Shown here: in pieces, positions 49,245 through 57,894 of the stretch
How the letters are laid out: the number at the start of each line of letters is the position of its first letter
Numbering within the stretch: the stretch's first letter is position 1
Source: a virus
Taxonomy: Duplodnaviria > Caudoviricetes
IMG/VR virus record: IMGVR_UViG_3300031608_001030
Coordinates: 1-57,894 of that record
Direction: 5' to 3' (one strand)
DNA length: 57,894 bases
Program-made: the position numbers and the translations under genes
The notes under the pieces: generated by a model
Told to the model about the DNA's origin: nothing
The model's database searches: none
What the model saw: only the letters and a program-made list of their open reading frames with translations

Positions 49245-50603
49245 TTAAAAATCAATATCATTATTCAATTCATTGTATTTTTGTAACAAATTCTTTCGTA
49301 CCATACTCTCCCCTTTGTTCATCTCCGTTTTGGTATTTTGACCATCAATGGAATCATCTGAATAAATACTCATCCTACCGTTACTCATATTTGCTTTAGA
49401 AGGTAGAGTCATTCCATCCGGTCCGAATCTATTTTTAATAACGTGCCATCGACCCGTTCCTGCTAATTTATCTTCGATTTTTCTACTCAATGAAACTACG
49501 AAATCAGCGGTCATTAACTTAGAGAATGAACCTGCGATTGATGTACCTGTAATAACATCTTGGTCTGCTCCACTTCTATTAATCTGTGATGCTGTATATA
49601 ACGGACATTCATATTCACCAGCAATTCCTCTTAAACCTTCCACCAATTCCTCTAACTCTTCATGTCGTTCCTTTCTACTATTCCCTTTCAGTAAATCAGC
49701 GTAATCACAAATTATTACATCAGGTTTCTTACCTTGTAGTATTAGTTTATCCAAACTAGCCCTCATTGCGTTCAATCCTGCCGATTTAGTTGGCCAATAT
49801 TTTACTATCAACTCACCTTCTAAATTAGCAACCTGTCGTTCAACATCTTCAATGTTAAATTTAAGGTTTTGTACTGCAGTACCTGTTAGTATTGCATCAT
49901 ACCTCTGACCTACATACCCTTCATTTAACTCCAATGTATAATGAACTACAGTTTTACCAGCTTTTACAGCGGCCATTCCAACATTAATTAATGCCCACGA
50001 TTTACCAATACCCGGAGGTGCAGCAAATAGTATAAGTTCACCTTTTCCAAACCCACCATCAACTAATTCATCAACAACATCCCATCCAGTCGGAATTACA
50101 TTTCTGATATTCTCCTCATAACGGGCTTTTACATCAGCCTTATACTCATGACCGATATCAGTATCCTGCCCCTGCTTCATAGCGTTATCAATCTTCTCTT
50201 TGATAACATCAAATTTACCTTCTTCAAGTAATTGAACAGATTCTAAAATAACACCCTTAAAGTTTTGATTTTTACAAAACTCTAACGTTTGCTCTTTAAC
50301 GTAATCCAAATCATCGGATTCAATTTGCTTCCAAACTTGCTTTAAGTTGTCTAAAACCGATTGTTTTAATACATCCCTCTGTACCTTATCTATCTCAACT
50401 TTAAACACATCTAAGGTTGGTAGTTCATTATATTCATCAAAATGTTTTAGTATAGTCTTTACCAACCACTCATTTGCATCCGAGTCGAATGCATCTGGTG
50501 ATAATATATCATATACCGTTTGAAGGAATACCCTGTCAGATAGTAGCGCTGAGATTATTTTGATTTGAAAGCTCGTTCCAAATTTATTTCCGAATTTATC
50601 CAT
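49245..50603 (-). CDS. replicative helicase (gp41/DnaB-like)
   Basis: APPGIGKS, YTLEL, DYADL, TASQINR, KNRFG. Confidence 0.93.
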   Translation of the reverse strand: MDKFGNKFGTSFQIKIISALLSDRVFLQTVYDILSPDAFDSDANEWLVKTILKHFDEYNELPTLDVFKVEIDKVQRDVLKQSVLDNLKQVWKQIESDDLDYVKEQTLEFCKNQNFKGVILESVQLLEEGKFDVIKEKIDNAMKQGQDTDIGHEYKADVKARYEENIRNVIPTGWDVVDELVDGGFGKGELILFAAPPGIGKSWALINVGMAAVKAGKTVVHYTLELNEGYVGQRYDAILTGTAVQNLKFNIEDVERQVANLEGELIVKYWPTKSAGLNAMRASLDKLILQGKKPDVIICDYADLLKGNSRKERHEELEELVEGLRGIAGEYECPLYTASQINRSGADQDVITGTSIAGSFSKLMTADFVVSLSRKIEDKLAGTGRWHVIKNRFGPDGMTLPSKANMSNGRMSIYSDDSIDGQNTKTEMNKGESMVRKNLLQKYNELNNDIDF

Positions 50604-50608
50604 AGGAT

Positions 50609-50641
50609 GTAAATATACAAATTTTATTTTAAACTAACAAG
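50609..50641 (-). promoter_or_regulatory. class-1 promoter (variant -33 box)
   Basis: minus strand CTTGT...TTGTATATTTAC. Confidence 0.6.
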
Positions 50642-51679
50642 CTATTTCTTAGTTTGTTTTGAATAGGTGTCTAATTCAGTCCAAGTATTAGCTAACCACA
50701 CCTCAATATTCTTAAAGGCTGTATATAGTTTGTCAACCATAAAGTCTTTTTTGAACTGAAATGAGTTTAACCCTTCTATTGGCGAATCTATCATACTACG
50801 AACAGTTGATGTTATTGCTGAACTCAACATATCAGGTTCTTCTAACTGCATTAAGTCATAGTTCAATGTTAATACATCTTTACTATCCATTATCTTTGCC
50901 TTTAGCTTTTCATCATCTAACTTTAACACATTTTCAAACAATTTATCCATACTCATATTATCTTCTTGTAAGAATGGTAATTTGTTAATAATGGTTTTAG
51001 GTCCTACCCCTTTAACACCGGGGATATTATCTGATTTATCTCCATCGAATATTCTGAAATACACTAAGTTCTTTGATGGAACTCCATATAAATCTAAAAC
51101 ATCATCAGGATGCATCCATTTCTTTTTGGTTGGTTGATACACAGAGATTCTATCATCAACTAATTGTAAGAAATCCTTATCAGATGAGATTATCATAACT
51201 TCCTTTTTGAATACATGCCTCGCAGCATATGCCATAATATCATCAGCTTCAACATAATCTACAAAACACACATCAAGTGGAAGTAAATCTAAGTACCTCA
51301 TCAACGTATTGAATTGGTTCTTCATAGATTCTTTCTGGTCCTCTAAATCTTCGTATCCAGCTAATCTGTTTACTTTAGTCATCCCAGTTCTACCTTCCTT
51401 ATAACCTTTATACATTTTCTTTCTACGAGTTGAACCACCCTTTCCATCAAATACCATAAAAACTCTAGTAGGTTTATTATTTCGGATAAGAGCGCCGAGG
51501 GATAACAGAAAACCTGTTACCCCGCCGACGTGATTCCCATCGTCATTTAATGTCGGAACTGCTCCAAAACATCTGATAAACATATTAAGACCATCAACAA
51601 TCATTACTTTATCATTAACATCGCCATGCTTTGTCTCTGATAGATTGCTGAATATTTCTTTATATTTCGTGTCCATCAT
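50642..51679 (-). CDS. 5'-3' exonuclease / flap endonuclease (T4 RNase H-like)
   Basis: IVDGLN, VFDG, YK..R, EADD, SSDKDFLQL, GDKSDNIPGV.GVGPKT. Confidence 0.93.
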   Translation of the reverse strand: MMDTKYKEIFSNLSETKHGDVNDKVMIVDGLNMFIRCFGAVPTLNDDGNHVGGVTGFLLSLGALIRNNKPTRVFMVFDGKGGSTRRKKMYKGYKEGRTGMTKVNRLAGYEDLEDQKESMKNQFNTLMRYLDLLPLDVCFVDYVEADDIMAYAARHVFKKEVMIISSDKDFLQLVDDRISVYQPTKKKWMHPDDVLDLYGVPSKNLVYFRIFDGDKSDNIPGVKGVGPKTIINKLPFLQEDNMSMDKLFENVLKLDDEKLKAKIMDSKDVLTLNYDLMQLEEPDMLSSAITSTVRSMIDSPIEGLNSFQFKKDFMVDKLYTAFKNIEVWLANTWTELDTYSKQTKK

Positions 51680-52781
51680 CTAATTGAGTTGTATCTGTGT
51701 TTGCGTTTCGGGATGCTTCTTTGTACCCCAAAATGTATGCATCACAGATTTGTTTATATATTTCCTCTTTAATTGCTGGATTCTCATCCAATTTCTTTTC
51801 GAAATCCTTTGCTTGAAATTTAATAATCTCACCAGTATCTTTAGAAGTCCATGTGTACCATGCACCACCTTGTTCTAGTAACTTATATGTTTTCATAGTG
51901 TTAAGCCATGAAGCATATCTATCAATTCCCCTATCAAAGTATATTTCAAAATCTATTGAACGTAATGGTGGGCCCATTCGGTTTTTAATAACCTGAACTC
52001 TTGTCTTAATTCCAACTGCCTGTTCAACTCCACCAATTTTAGCGTTAAGTTTACCCATCTGTTTCATTCTCAATCTACAAGATGCGTGAAACCCTAATGC
52101 TTTACCACCTGAGGTTGTGTATGGGTCTCCAAAGGATACACCCAACCTAACTCTCAGTTGATTTGTAAATACCACTAAGATTCTCTCTCTTCCAATAAGG
52201 TTAGTAATCTTTCTCATTGCTTTTGAAATGATTATAGCCTTTTGGGTTGCGTAACCCGCTTGGTCATAATCAGCTGCAAGTTCCACTTTAGTGGTTGCTG
52301 CAGCGACTGAATCAACTACAATTGTTACTAATCTTTTCTTATCTGATTTTCTTACTGATTCAATAATAGAATCCATAGCTGCAAATATATCTTCCACCGT
52401 TTCCATAGGTACATAAAGTAACTTGGCGGTATCAATACCTAATGCTTCTAAAAACTCTTGATTGATTGCGTTCTCTGTATCAATGTACACTGCTAACCCA
52501 CCCTTCTTCTGGCAGTTTGCTAATGTATGTGCTGATAGTAGAGATTTTCCACTTGCTTCTAAACCCGTAACTTCAACTATTCGTCCGACAGGAAATCCAC
52601 CGTTAGGTCGATTCGATATTGCTAAGTCTAGCATATCATCCCCAGTAGACACCCACTCCGTTAAGTCGGTGGGTGTCTGTTCTGAGCCATCTAAGAAATA
52701 AGCAGCCTGTGCTTGTCCTTTGAACTTTTTATTAAGATTATCGGCGAGAAGTGAGGATAATTCATCACGATTCGTTGCCAT
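51660..52781 (-). CDS. recA: RecA/UvsX recombinase
   Basis: GLEASGKS, YIDTE, VVDSVAA, FTNQLR, GGKAL.F. Confidence 0.95.
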   Translation of the reverse strand: MATNRDELSSLLADNLNKKFKGQAQAAYFLDGSEQTPTDLTEWVSTGDDMLDLAISNRPNGGFPVGRIVEVTGLEASGKSLLSAHTLANCQKKGGLAVYIDTENAINQEFLEALGIDTAKLLYVPMETVEDIFAAMDSIIESVRKSDKKRLVTIVVDSVAAATTKVELAADYDQAGYATQKAIIISKAMRKITNLIGRERILVVFTNQLRVRLGVSFGDPYTTSGGKALGFHASCRLRMKQMGKLNAKIGGVEQAVGIKTRVQVIKNRMGPPLRSIDFEIYFDRGIDRYASWLNTMKTYKLLEQGGAWYTWTSKDTGEIIKFQAKDFEKKLDENPAIKEEIYKQICDAYILGYKEASRNANTDTTQLDDGHEI

Positions 52782-52793
52782 ATATCTTAATTT

Positions 52794-53591
52794 TTAGTTG
52801 TTAAATAAATCATCAAATGCGTCCTTTACATCAGCAGTCTTACCAGAAGGTACAGATGCTTTAGGTGCGTTTGTGTTGTTTGAAGTTGATTGTGGTTGTT
52901 GAGCCGGAGTAGATTCAGCTTCTGCTGTATCACCTACTTGCCCAGTTTCCATCCAAGTTTCCAATAAACCTTTCATCTCATCATAATCATATTTTTTGAA
53001 CATTGAAGGTAACTCAATTTGGTCTTTCAACATTGTTAAAATATTCTTATCTTCTGAGATAGATGTTTGATTTGGTTTTACTCTGATGTAAGTTTCTGGG
53101 TAGTTTTTCCCTAACTCTTTTGCTGTTTTGAATTCTACGGTGATATCTCTCCCACTCATTGGGTCAGTTAAATCTCCATAATCAGGATCTGCGAAGAACG
53201 CAAGTAGTTCCTGATAAACTGTTTTACCGAATCCCCAAAATTTAACTCCTTCAGATTCTTCACCACGAACCAATACTGGAACGTATGTTCTCATCTTAGG
53301 TGTTAATTGTTTTGATAAATTCCAATCGTTTCTATCACCGGTTGCCTTCAATTGTTGAGCGAACTCTACTAATGGGTCAGCCTCACCATGTGTTTGAGGT
53401 GAAAGGATATTCTTACCACCAAATCCGTAGTGGAAGAACAATTCAATAAACGGGTTGGATTCGTTGTGGATGTAAGGTACTATTCTTACTTGTTGTTTAC
53501 CTGGTTTCGGTTTCCAAAGGTTATCTGTTTTTGTTACCTTCGTTTGTAGACTGTCTAGTCTGTTTCTAATTGCATTTAAATCAATTGCCAT
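52794..53591 (-). CDS. single-stranded DNA-binding protein (gp32-like)
   Basis: WKP..G...VRI.P, PF.E..FHY, GVKFW.FG, D.TD...GRD; acidic tail AFDDLF. Confidence 0.85.
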   Translation of the reverse strand: MAIDLNAIRNRLDSLQTKVTKTDNLWKPKPGKQQVRIVPYIHNESNPFIELFFHYGFGGKNILSPQTHGEADPLVEFAQQLKATGDRNDWNLSKQLTPKMRTYVPVLVRGEESEGVKFWGFGKTVYQELLAFFADPDYGDLTDPMSGRDITVEFKTAKELGKNYPETYIRVKPNQTSISEDKNILTMLKDQIELPSMFKKYDYDEMKGLLETWMETGQVGDTAEAESTPAQQPQSTSNNTNAPKASVPSGKTADVKDAFDDLFNN

Positions 53592-53630
53592 AATTTACTC
53601 TGTTTTTGTTATTAATTAATTATTATTTAT

Positions 53631-53836
53631 GTAAATATACGAAATATTTCTCAACATTCCTAATTATATTTCAGTTTTTATTTCAACACCTATTTAACCC
53701 CATGTGTTGATATGGTTACAAATATACGAAATATTATTTAATATTCCTAATTATATTTAGTTTTTATTTCAACGCCTATTTAACCCCATGCGTTGATATG
53801 GTTACAAATATACGAAAAGAATTTGAATTAACCAAG
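53631..53836 (-). repeat. tandem ~86-bp units: three class-1 promoters separated by two hairpins
   Basis: promoters 53631-53665, 53718-53752, 53804-53836; hairpins 53683-53710 and 53769-53796. Confidence 0.9.
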
Positions 53837-53867
53837 CCTTTTCGTATATATTTTGTAATTTCTTTAT

Positions 53868-54500
53868 TTAGTAAGCGAATGCACCTTTGTGCTTTTTAGC
53901 CATTTTTAAAGCGGCTTTAATTGCAGTTGCTTCATCTTTGATATCACTAAATCCAAAGTCGAATTCGTTAGCCCAGATTTTCATACCTTTCTTAGCCTTT
54001 AATGTTACAACCCAGTAACCATCCATATCTTCTTCAACATCTAATTTGTTTTTTCCACCAGGAACACTAAATGATGTGATAACTGATACACTACCGTTCT
54101 TTCTAGTAGTATGCTCAATTTCCTTATCTAGGATATTTTCTAAACCTTTCATTAGGAAATTGTTTTTACCGGGAGTCATTCCCATCCCTTCACTAAGGTT
54201 TTCAGTTAATGCGTTAGTTAACTCCAATTGTAAATCTTCTACTGCTACATCATAATCATCTTGGTCTGCATCACCTTGTTCTAAATCGAAATCTAAAAGT
54301 TCAAGTGATTTATACTCTTCCATAATATCTTTATAATCTTTTTTAGATATTTTTGATTTCATCTTCTTAATGAATTTTTCAAACTCTTTTGGTGTCTCAA
54401 GTCGTTTGATATCTCTATCGTGATTACCTGATTCATTTAAGCTTTTGAAGGATTTAATTTGCTCCATCATTAACTTTCTATTTTCTTCTAAATTTGCCAT
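53868..54500 (-). CDS. hypothetical protein with LNE/LTE/LSE motifs
   Basis: 210 aa; SLNESG, ALTENLSEG separate two domains. Confidence 0.75.
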   Translation of the reverse strand: MANLEENRKLMMEQIKSFKSLNESGNHDRDIKRLETPKEFEKFIKKMKSKISKKDYKDIMEEYKSLELLDFDLEQGDADQDDYDVAVEDLQLELTNALTENLSEGMGMTPGKNNFLMKGLENILDKEIEHTTRKNGSVSVITSFSVPGGKNKLDVEEDMDGYWVVTLKAKKGMKIWANEFDFGFSDIKDEATAIKAALKMAKKHKGAFAY

Positions 54501-54525
54501 AGTATGCCTCTGTTGTTATTACTGT

Positions 54526-54560
54526 GTAAATATACAACATTTAATTGTATATTCCTAATT
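54526..54560 (-). promoter_or_regulatory. class-1 promoter
   Basis: minus strand AATTAGG...TTGTATATTTAC. Confidence 0.7.
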
Positions 54561-54597
54561 ATATTCTTATTTTTCTTTTAATAAATATTAAGTTGTT

Positions 54598-54987
54598 TTA
54601 ATTAACATCAACTATACTGAATAATTTAGTAGTTACTACCTTATATCCATCGCCATCTGTAAGTACCATTGAGTTTTTATACTCACTCCAATCAACTTGA
54701 TATTGATTATCCACAACACCCCCATTTAAATCTAATATCAATCGATTCAATGCGTTAATAGTGTAGATAGTATTACTTTCCTTCTTACGATGTACCATTA
54801 TTGTATTTGGTACAAAGCTTGCGTTTCGGTCTGGTACGATGTTATAACTTATTACCAATTCTTTAGTTGGGTTAAGTTTTAATATAAATATCTTTCTACT
54901 GAATACCTCATGTCGTTTCAAAATGTTTGCTAACATCTCTTCGAATGTGGGTTCAGTTGTAAATGTACATAATAATTGTGTTCTCAC
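54598..54987 (-). CDS. phage hypothetical protein
   Basis: GTG start; QLLCTF, VHRKKESNTIYTINALN. Confidence 0.75.
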   Translation of the reverse strand: MRTQLLCTFTTEPTFEEMLANILKRHEVFSRKIFILKLNPTKELVISYNIVPDRNASFVPNTIMVHRKKESNTIYTINALNRLILDLNGGVVDNQYQVDWSEYKNSMVLTDGDGYKVVTTKLFSIVDVN

Positions 54988-55001
54988 TCATCTCTCCGAT
55001 A

Positions 55002-57212
55002 TTATAATATATTTTTCCTAATATAGTTCATATTTACAACTTTTGAACCTTCAATTACAAATGTAGTTGAAGTTTTACTATTAGTTCTAAATGTTACCAT
55101 ATTGTACATAGGTGATTGTGTTTTTTTATTCAAATGACTTAACATAAGAGTTGAAACCGCCATATACCCATCAGCTTGTGCTGCTGAGTTAACTATAAGT
55201 ACATTTTCAGGCATATCACTAAATGCTGATATACGTTCTTCTACGAATTCCTTTCCTGTTTTTAAGAATGTCCACGCAGTACCACCACCATTTGGCTTTA
55301 ACCCATATACTTTTACTAATGGTAATGATGTTCGTCCGAAGTACATTTCCTTTTCTAATGTCAGCATATCTTTAAATAATTGGTCCACTTCCTTTTGTTG
55401 ACCACTAGCACCCGATAATATCCTCTCAATAGAATCGTATGCTTTGGCGTTTGCCATTAACTTTCTAACTATATCAGCTGATGGTTTGGATGCCTTTGGG
55501 ATTACGGTGTTACCTACTGATTTTAACCCAGGCTTTTTCGTTTTCTTTAATACTAATAGAAATTTATTTGAGGTGTATGTGTATAGTTTACCAAATGCAT
55601 CTGCGTCTTGTGCAATTGCTTCAACTTTATCTTCTATTGAGATTTTTCCCTTTTTTTCTAATATCAAGGATTCATCTAAATACTTCTTATCTACTGATAG
55701 ATTCATTATGAAATCATCGGTTTTCTTTTCAGATTTCTTTTTAGCTGATTGTAGTGCTTTTAAATTAGCTTTAAAGAATGAACCAAACATAGTACTCATT
55801 TGAGAAATCTTATCAATGATAGCCTTTCCTACACTTTTTACAAACTTCAATCCCTTATCAAATAAATCTTTTAATCCTTCATCTAACTGAACACCTTCAT
55901 GTATAAACATATTAGCTAAATCATCATTTGACATCATTCCGAACTTTTTAGCGAAATCACTTGTGATTTTTCCTAATTGAGCCTCACCTTCTGCCTGTTT
56001 TAATGATATTTGGAAAAACTTCTCACCTGATGTTAATGTACATAACCCATTACTATCGTATGAGATTTTTTCGGTTTTTAAATTCTCTATGAAACTAGCA
56101 ACACTACCCTTTACAATGACACAATCAGCAGTATTCTTTTTACTACCTTCGGCTTTCGTATGTGGGTTTTTACTTTCGGCTGTATAATAATCTTCGATTC
56201 TTCCGTGAATAATACTCCAACCCTTTGTTCCTTTAATCTTACAGAATCTATCCATTCCGGCCGCAATTGTACATACTTGAATAATATTTACAATAGAGGC
56301 TTTACTCAACATAGATACTATATCATTACTGGCCCAATCCTGTCCCGTCAACGTTGATGTTACTGTATTTTTAAAGGTAGTAACTAATTTTGGAAGTGTT
56401 TCATCGGTTGCGTTATTGAAATCACTAAGGAATTTCTCTGCATTAATATAAACACCTAACAGAGCGGCAGTTTCCTTATCACCTGTATCTAATTTAAATG
56501 AGGTATTATCCTTATAATGTTTGAACATATTACCAACTGATGTACCTTTACCTTTTATATGGTAAACTTTTCCGTTAGCCCCTTTTAGATAAACCTCAAT
56601 TCCAGTATCATCACCGACTTGGATTGCATCAGCAGTTGGTTTAACTTTCGTAGCCGGCATTGTCATCATCGGTGCACCATCTTCAATTCTTGCGGCAAAT
56701 GATTTTTGACCACTTGAACTCCACATCACTTTGTGTCCTAATCCATAATCATCGGAATAAACACTAGCCTCACTTAATATAGCCCCTAATTCAATTAATA
56801 TATTTTCTTTTAACTTATCTTTTTCATAATCAGTAAGTCCATTAAGTTTAATATCTTTAACTGCATCATCCTTATCATCAATTTCTTCATCAGGCTCTTC
56901 ACCTTCGATTTCTTCAACTTCTTCATCTTCTGTAATTTCTTCATCATCAGACCAACTAGCTATTTGTGCTGAAACTGATGTTTGTGTTTTATTTACCTTA
57001 GTACCAGAATCAATATTACCTTTAGGTATAAAATTTGTAGGTGAGTTTGTAACACTCTCTACTATATAATCTATAAAGTCATCATCCAATTCTAAATCTT
57101 CCCTTAAAATTGTTTTAAGTGCTTTAATGGATGCTTCACTTTTTGGGTCTTTTAAAGCAACTCCTGCTTCAACCCACCATAACGTCATAATCTCTTTAAG
57201 AAAATTCTTCAT
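55002..57212 (-). CDS. large protein, possible PD-(D/E)XK-like domain; probable head-packaged protein
   Basis: acidic N-region, then KNTADCV...FQISLK; LKE/LSE/LDE/ILE motifs. Confidence 0.6.
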   Translation of the reverse strand: MKNFLKEIMTLWWVEAGVALKDPKSEASIKALKTILREDLELDDDFIDYIVESVTNSPTNFIPKGNIDSGTKVNKTQTSVSAQIASWSDDEEITEDEEVEEIEGEEPDEEIDDKDDAVKDIKLNGLTDYEKDKLKENILIELGAILSEASVYSDDYGLGHKVMWSSSGQKSFAARIEDGAPMMTMPATKVKPTADAIQVGDDTGIEVYLKGANGKVYHIKGKGTSVGNMFKHYKDNTSFKLDTGDKETAALLGVYINAEKFLSDFNNATDETLPKLVTTFKNTVTSTLTGQDWASNDIVSMLSKASIVNIIQVCTIAAGMDRFCKIKGTKGWSIIHGRIEDYYTAESKNPHTKAEGSKKNTADCVIVKGSVASFIENLKTEKISYDSNGLCTLTSGEKFFQISLKQAEGEAQLGKITSDFAKKFGMMSNDDLANMFIHEGVQLDEGLKDLFDKGLKFVKSVGKAIIDKISQMSTMFGSFFKANLKALQSAKKKSEKKTDDFIMNLSVDKKYLDESLILEKKGKISIEDKVEAIAQDADAFGKLYTYTSNKFLLVLKKTKKPGLKSVGNTVIPKASKPSADIVRKLMANAKAYDSIERILSGASGQQKEVDQLFKDMLTLEKEMYFGRTSLPLVKVYGLKPNGGGTAWTFLKTGKEFVEERISAFSDMPENVLIVNSAAQADGYMAVSTLMLSHLNKKTQSPMYNMVTFRTNSKTSTTFVIEGSKVVNMNYIRKNIL

Positions 57213-57213
57213 A

Positions 57214-57894
57214 TTATTTACCTGTTTCTTTTATATTAATCGACTTCATTTCTGAGTAACGATTACCCTTCTCTAATTTGGTAGGGAATCCATTTACTTC
57301 TATAAGTATCTTTAAATCTTTAATTAACTCAATTTCCGAAGGATGCATATCCAATAAATATGAATCATAAGTGTATAACACCATTTTTGACTTCATATCT
57401 TTCATCTTATCCATTAATTTAGAAAGTATAACCATATTTAACTCTGTTTCGGTTGACTGTAATACATAATTAAACAGTTTATTAGCGTTCATCTCATTTA
57501 GGTTACTTCTAACGAGCTTTCTCCCCATTGGAGTTCTAATATACCCATTACGTGTGAACTCAACCCACATCTTATCTATCTTATGTGAAACCTTCTTAAA
57601 TAACGGAATATGTAAGTACTCATCTTGTACACCACCATATAATTGTCGGAACGTTATCGGTTTTGATTCACTATAGGAAACTCCATACATATCGGCTAAT
57701 GCTTGGTGACCGGAAATATCTAATGGAATTGGCTCATCCACCATTTTACCAATGATACGAGGATGATAGGCATCATAATCAAATTGTATTAATGTACCCC
57801 CATCAAATCTACTCACAAATCTATCTCTACTACCATTCTCTTTATTAAGTGCAGCATAGTTGATACCCCCAAAGTTGTTTGAAGGTCTTGATGT
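57214..57894 (-). CDS. family A DNA polymerase-like protein, C-terminal part (runs off right edge)
   Basis: frame open to 57894 (TSRPSN...); motif A FDYDAYHPRI, motif B K.ITF..LYG, NY.LQS, motif C YTYDS. Confidence 0.85.
   Translation of the reverse strand, partial: TSRPSNNFGGINYAALNKENGSRDRFVSRFDGGTLIQFDYDAYHPRIIGKMVDEPIPLDISGHQALADMYGVSYSESKPITFRQLYGGVQDEYLHIPLFKKVSHKIDKMWVEFTRNGYIRTPMGRKLVRSNLNEMNANKLFNYVLQSTETELNMVILSKLMDKMKDMKSKMVLYTYDSYLLDMHPSEIELIKDLKILIEVNGFPTKLEKGNRYSEMKSINIKETGK

Noticed and set aside
14479-51868. Nested minus-strand ORFs (14479, 21048, 22668, 32590, 35801, 51680)
   Set aside because: Alternative frames inside or largely overlapping longer motif-bearing genes
39519-52781. 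Introns or inteins in PolB, NrdA, NrdB, helicase or RecA
   Set aside because: All are uninterrupted and of ordinary length, with no intein-like insertion seen
53631-53836. CRISPR mini-array interpretation of the tandem repeat
   Set aside because: The constant part is ~70 bp and the variable part is only the short promoter spacer; no cas operon (the 31211 nuclease is a solo RecB/Cas4-like gene)

Overview
A 57.9 kb, AT-rich (roughly 30% GC by eye) segment of a large T4-like dsDNA bacteriophage genome. Essentially every real gene is on the minus strand and the standard code fits. From right to left (direction of transcription) the window holds: a truncated family-A polymerase-like gene; a T4-style replication, recombination and nucleotide block (gp32-like SSB, RecA/UvsX, 5'-3' exonuclease, gp41/DnaB helicase, NrdB, MazG, NrdA, thioredoxin, PolB, sliding clamp, clamp loader) interleaved with candidate DNA-modification genes (Mom-like, glycosyltransferase, DUF4338-like, DUF1599-like); RNA ligase and kinase; a six-glycosyltransferase cluster; a lysis/envelope cassette; probable head-packaged proteins with repeated [VIL]xE motifs; chaperone genes (GroEL, J-domain, ClpS); and small accessory genes (SET-domain, Acb1-like 2H phosphoesterase, Nudix, GIY-YIG, DfrB-like SH3). 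Twenty-one copies of a fixed-spacing promoter resemble the Bacteroidota -33/-7 (TAnnTTTG) consensus. With the lack of obvious Shine-Dalgarno sites, this points to a Bacteroidota host (inference). The best leads are: (1) a shared terminal 'FW' motif on three candidate DNA-modifying enzymes around the polymerase and clamp; (2) a tandem promoter-plus-hairpin array with a compensatory base change upstream of the SSB gene; (3) multi-domain proteins punctuated by prohead-protease-like sites; (4) a ~107-bp regulatory cassette reused in front of unrelated genes. No tRNA, rRNA or CRISPR array was found. All family calls come from motifs read by eye, not from database searches.
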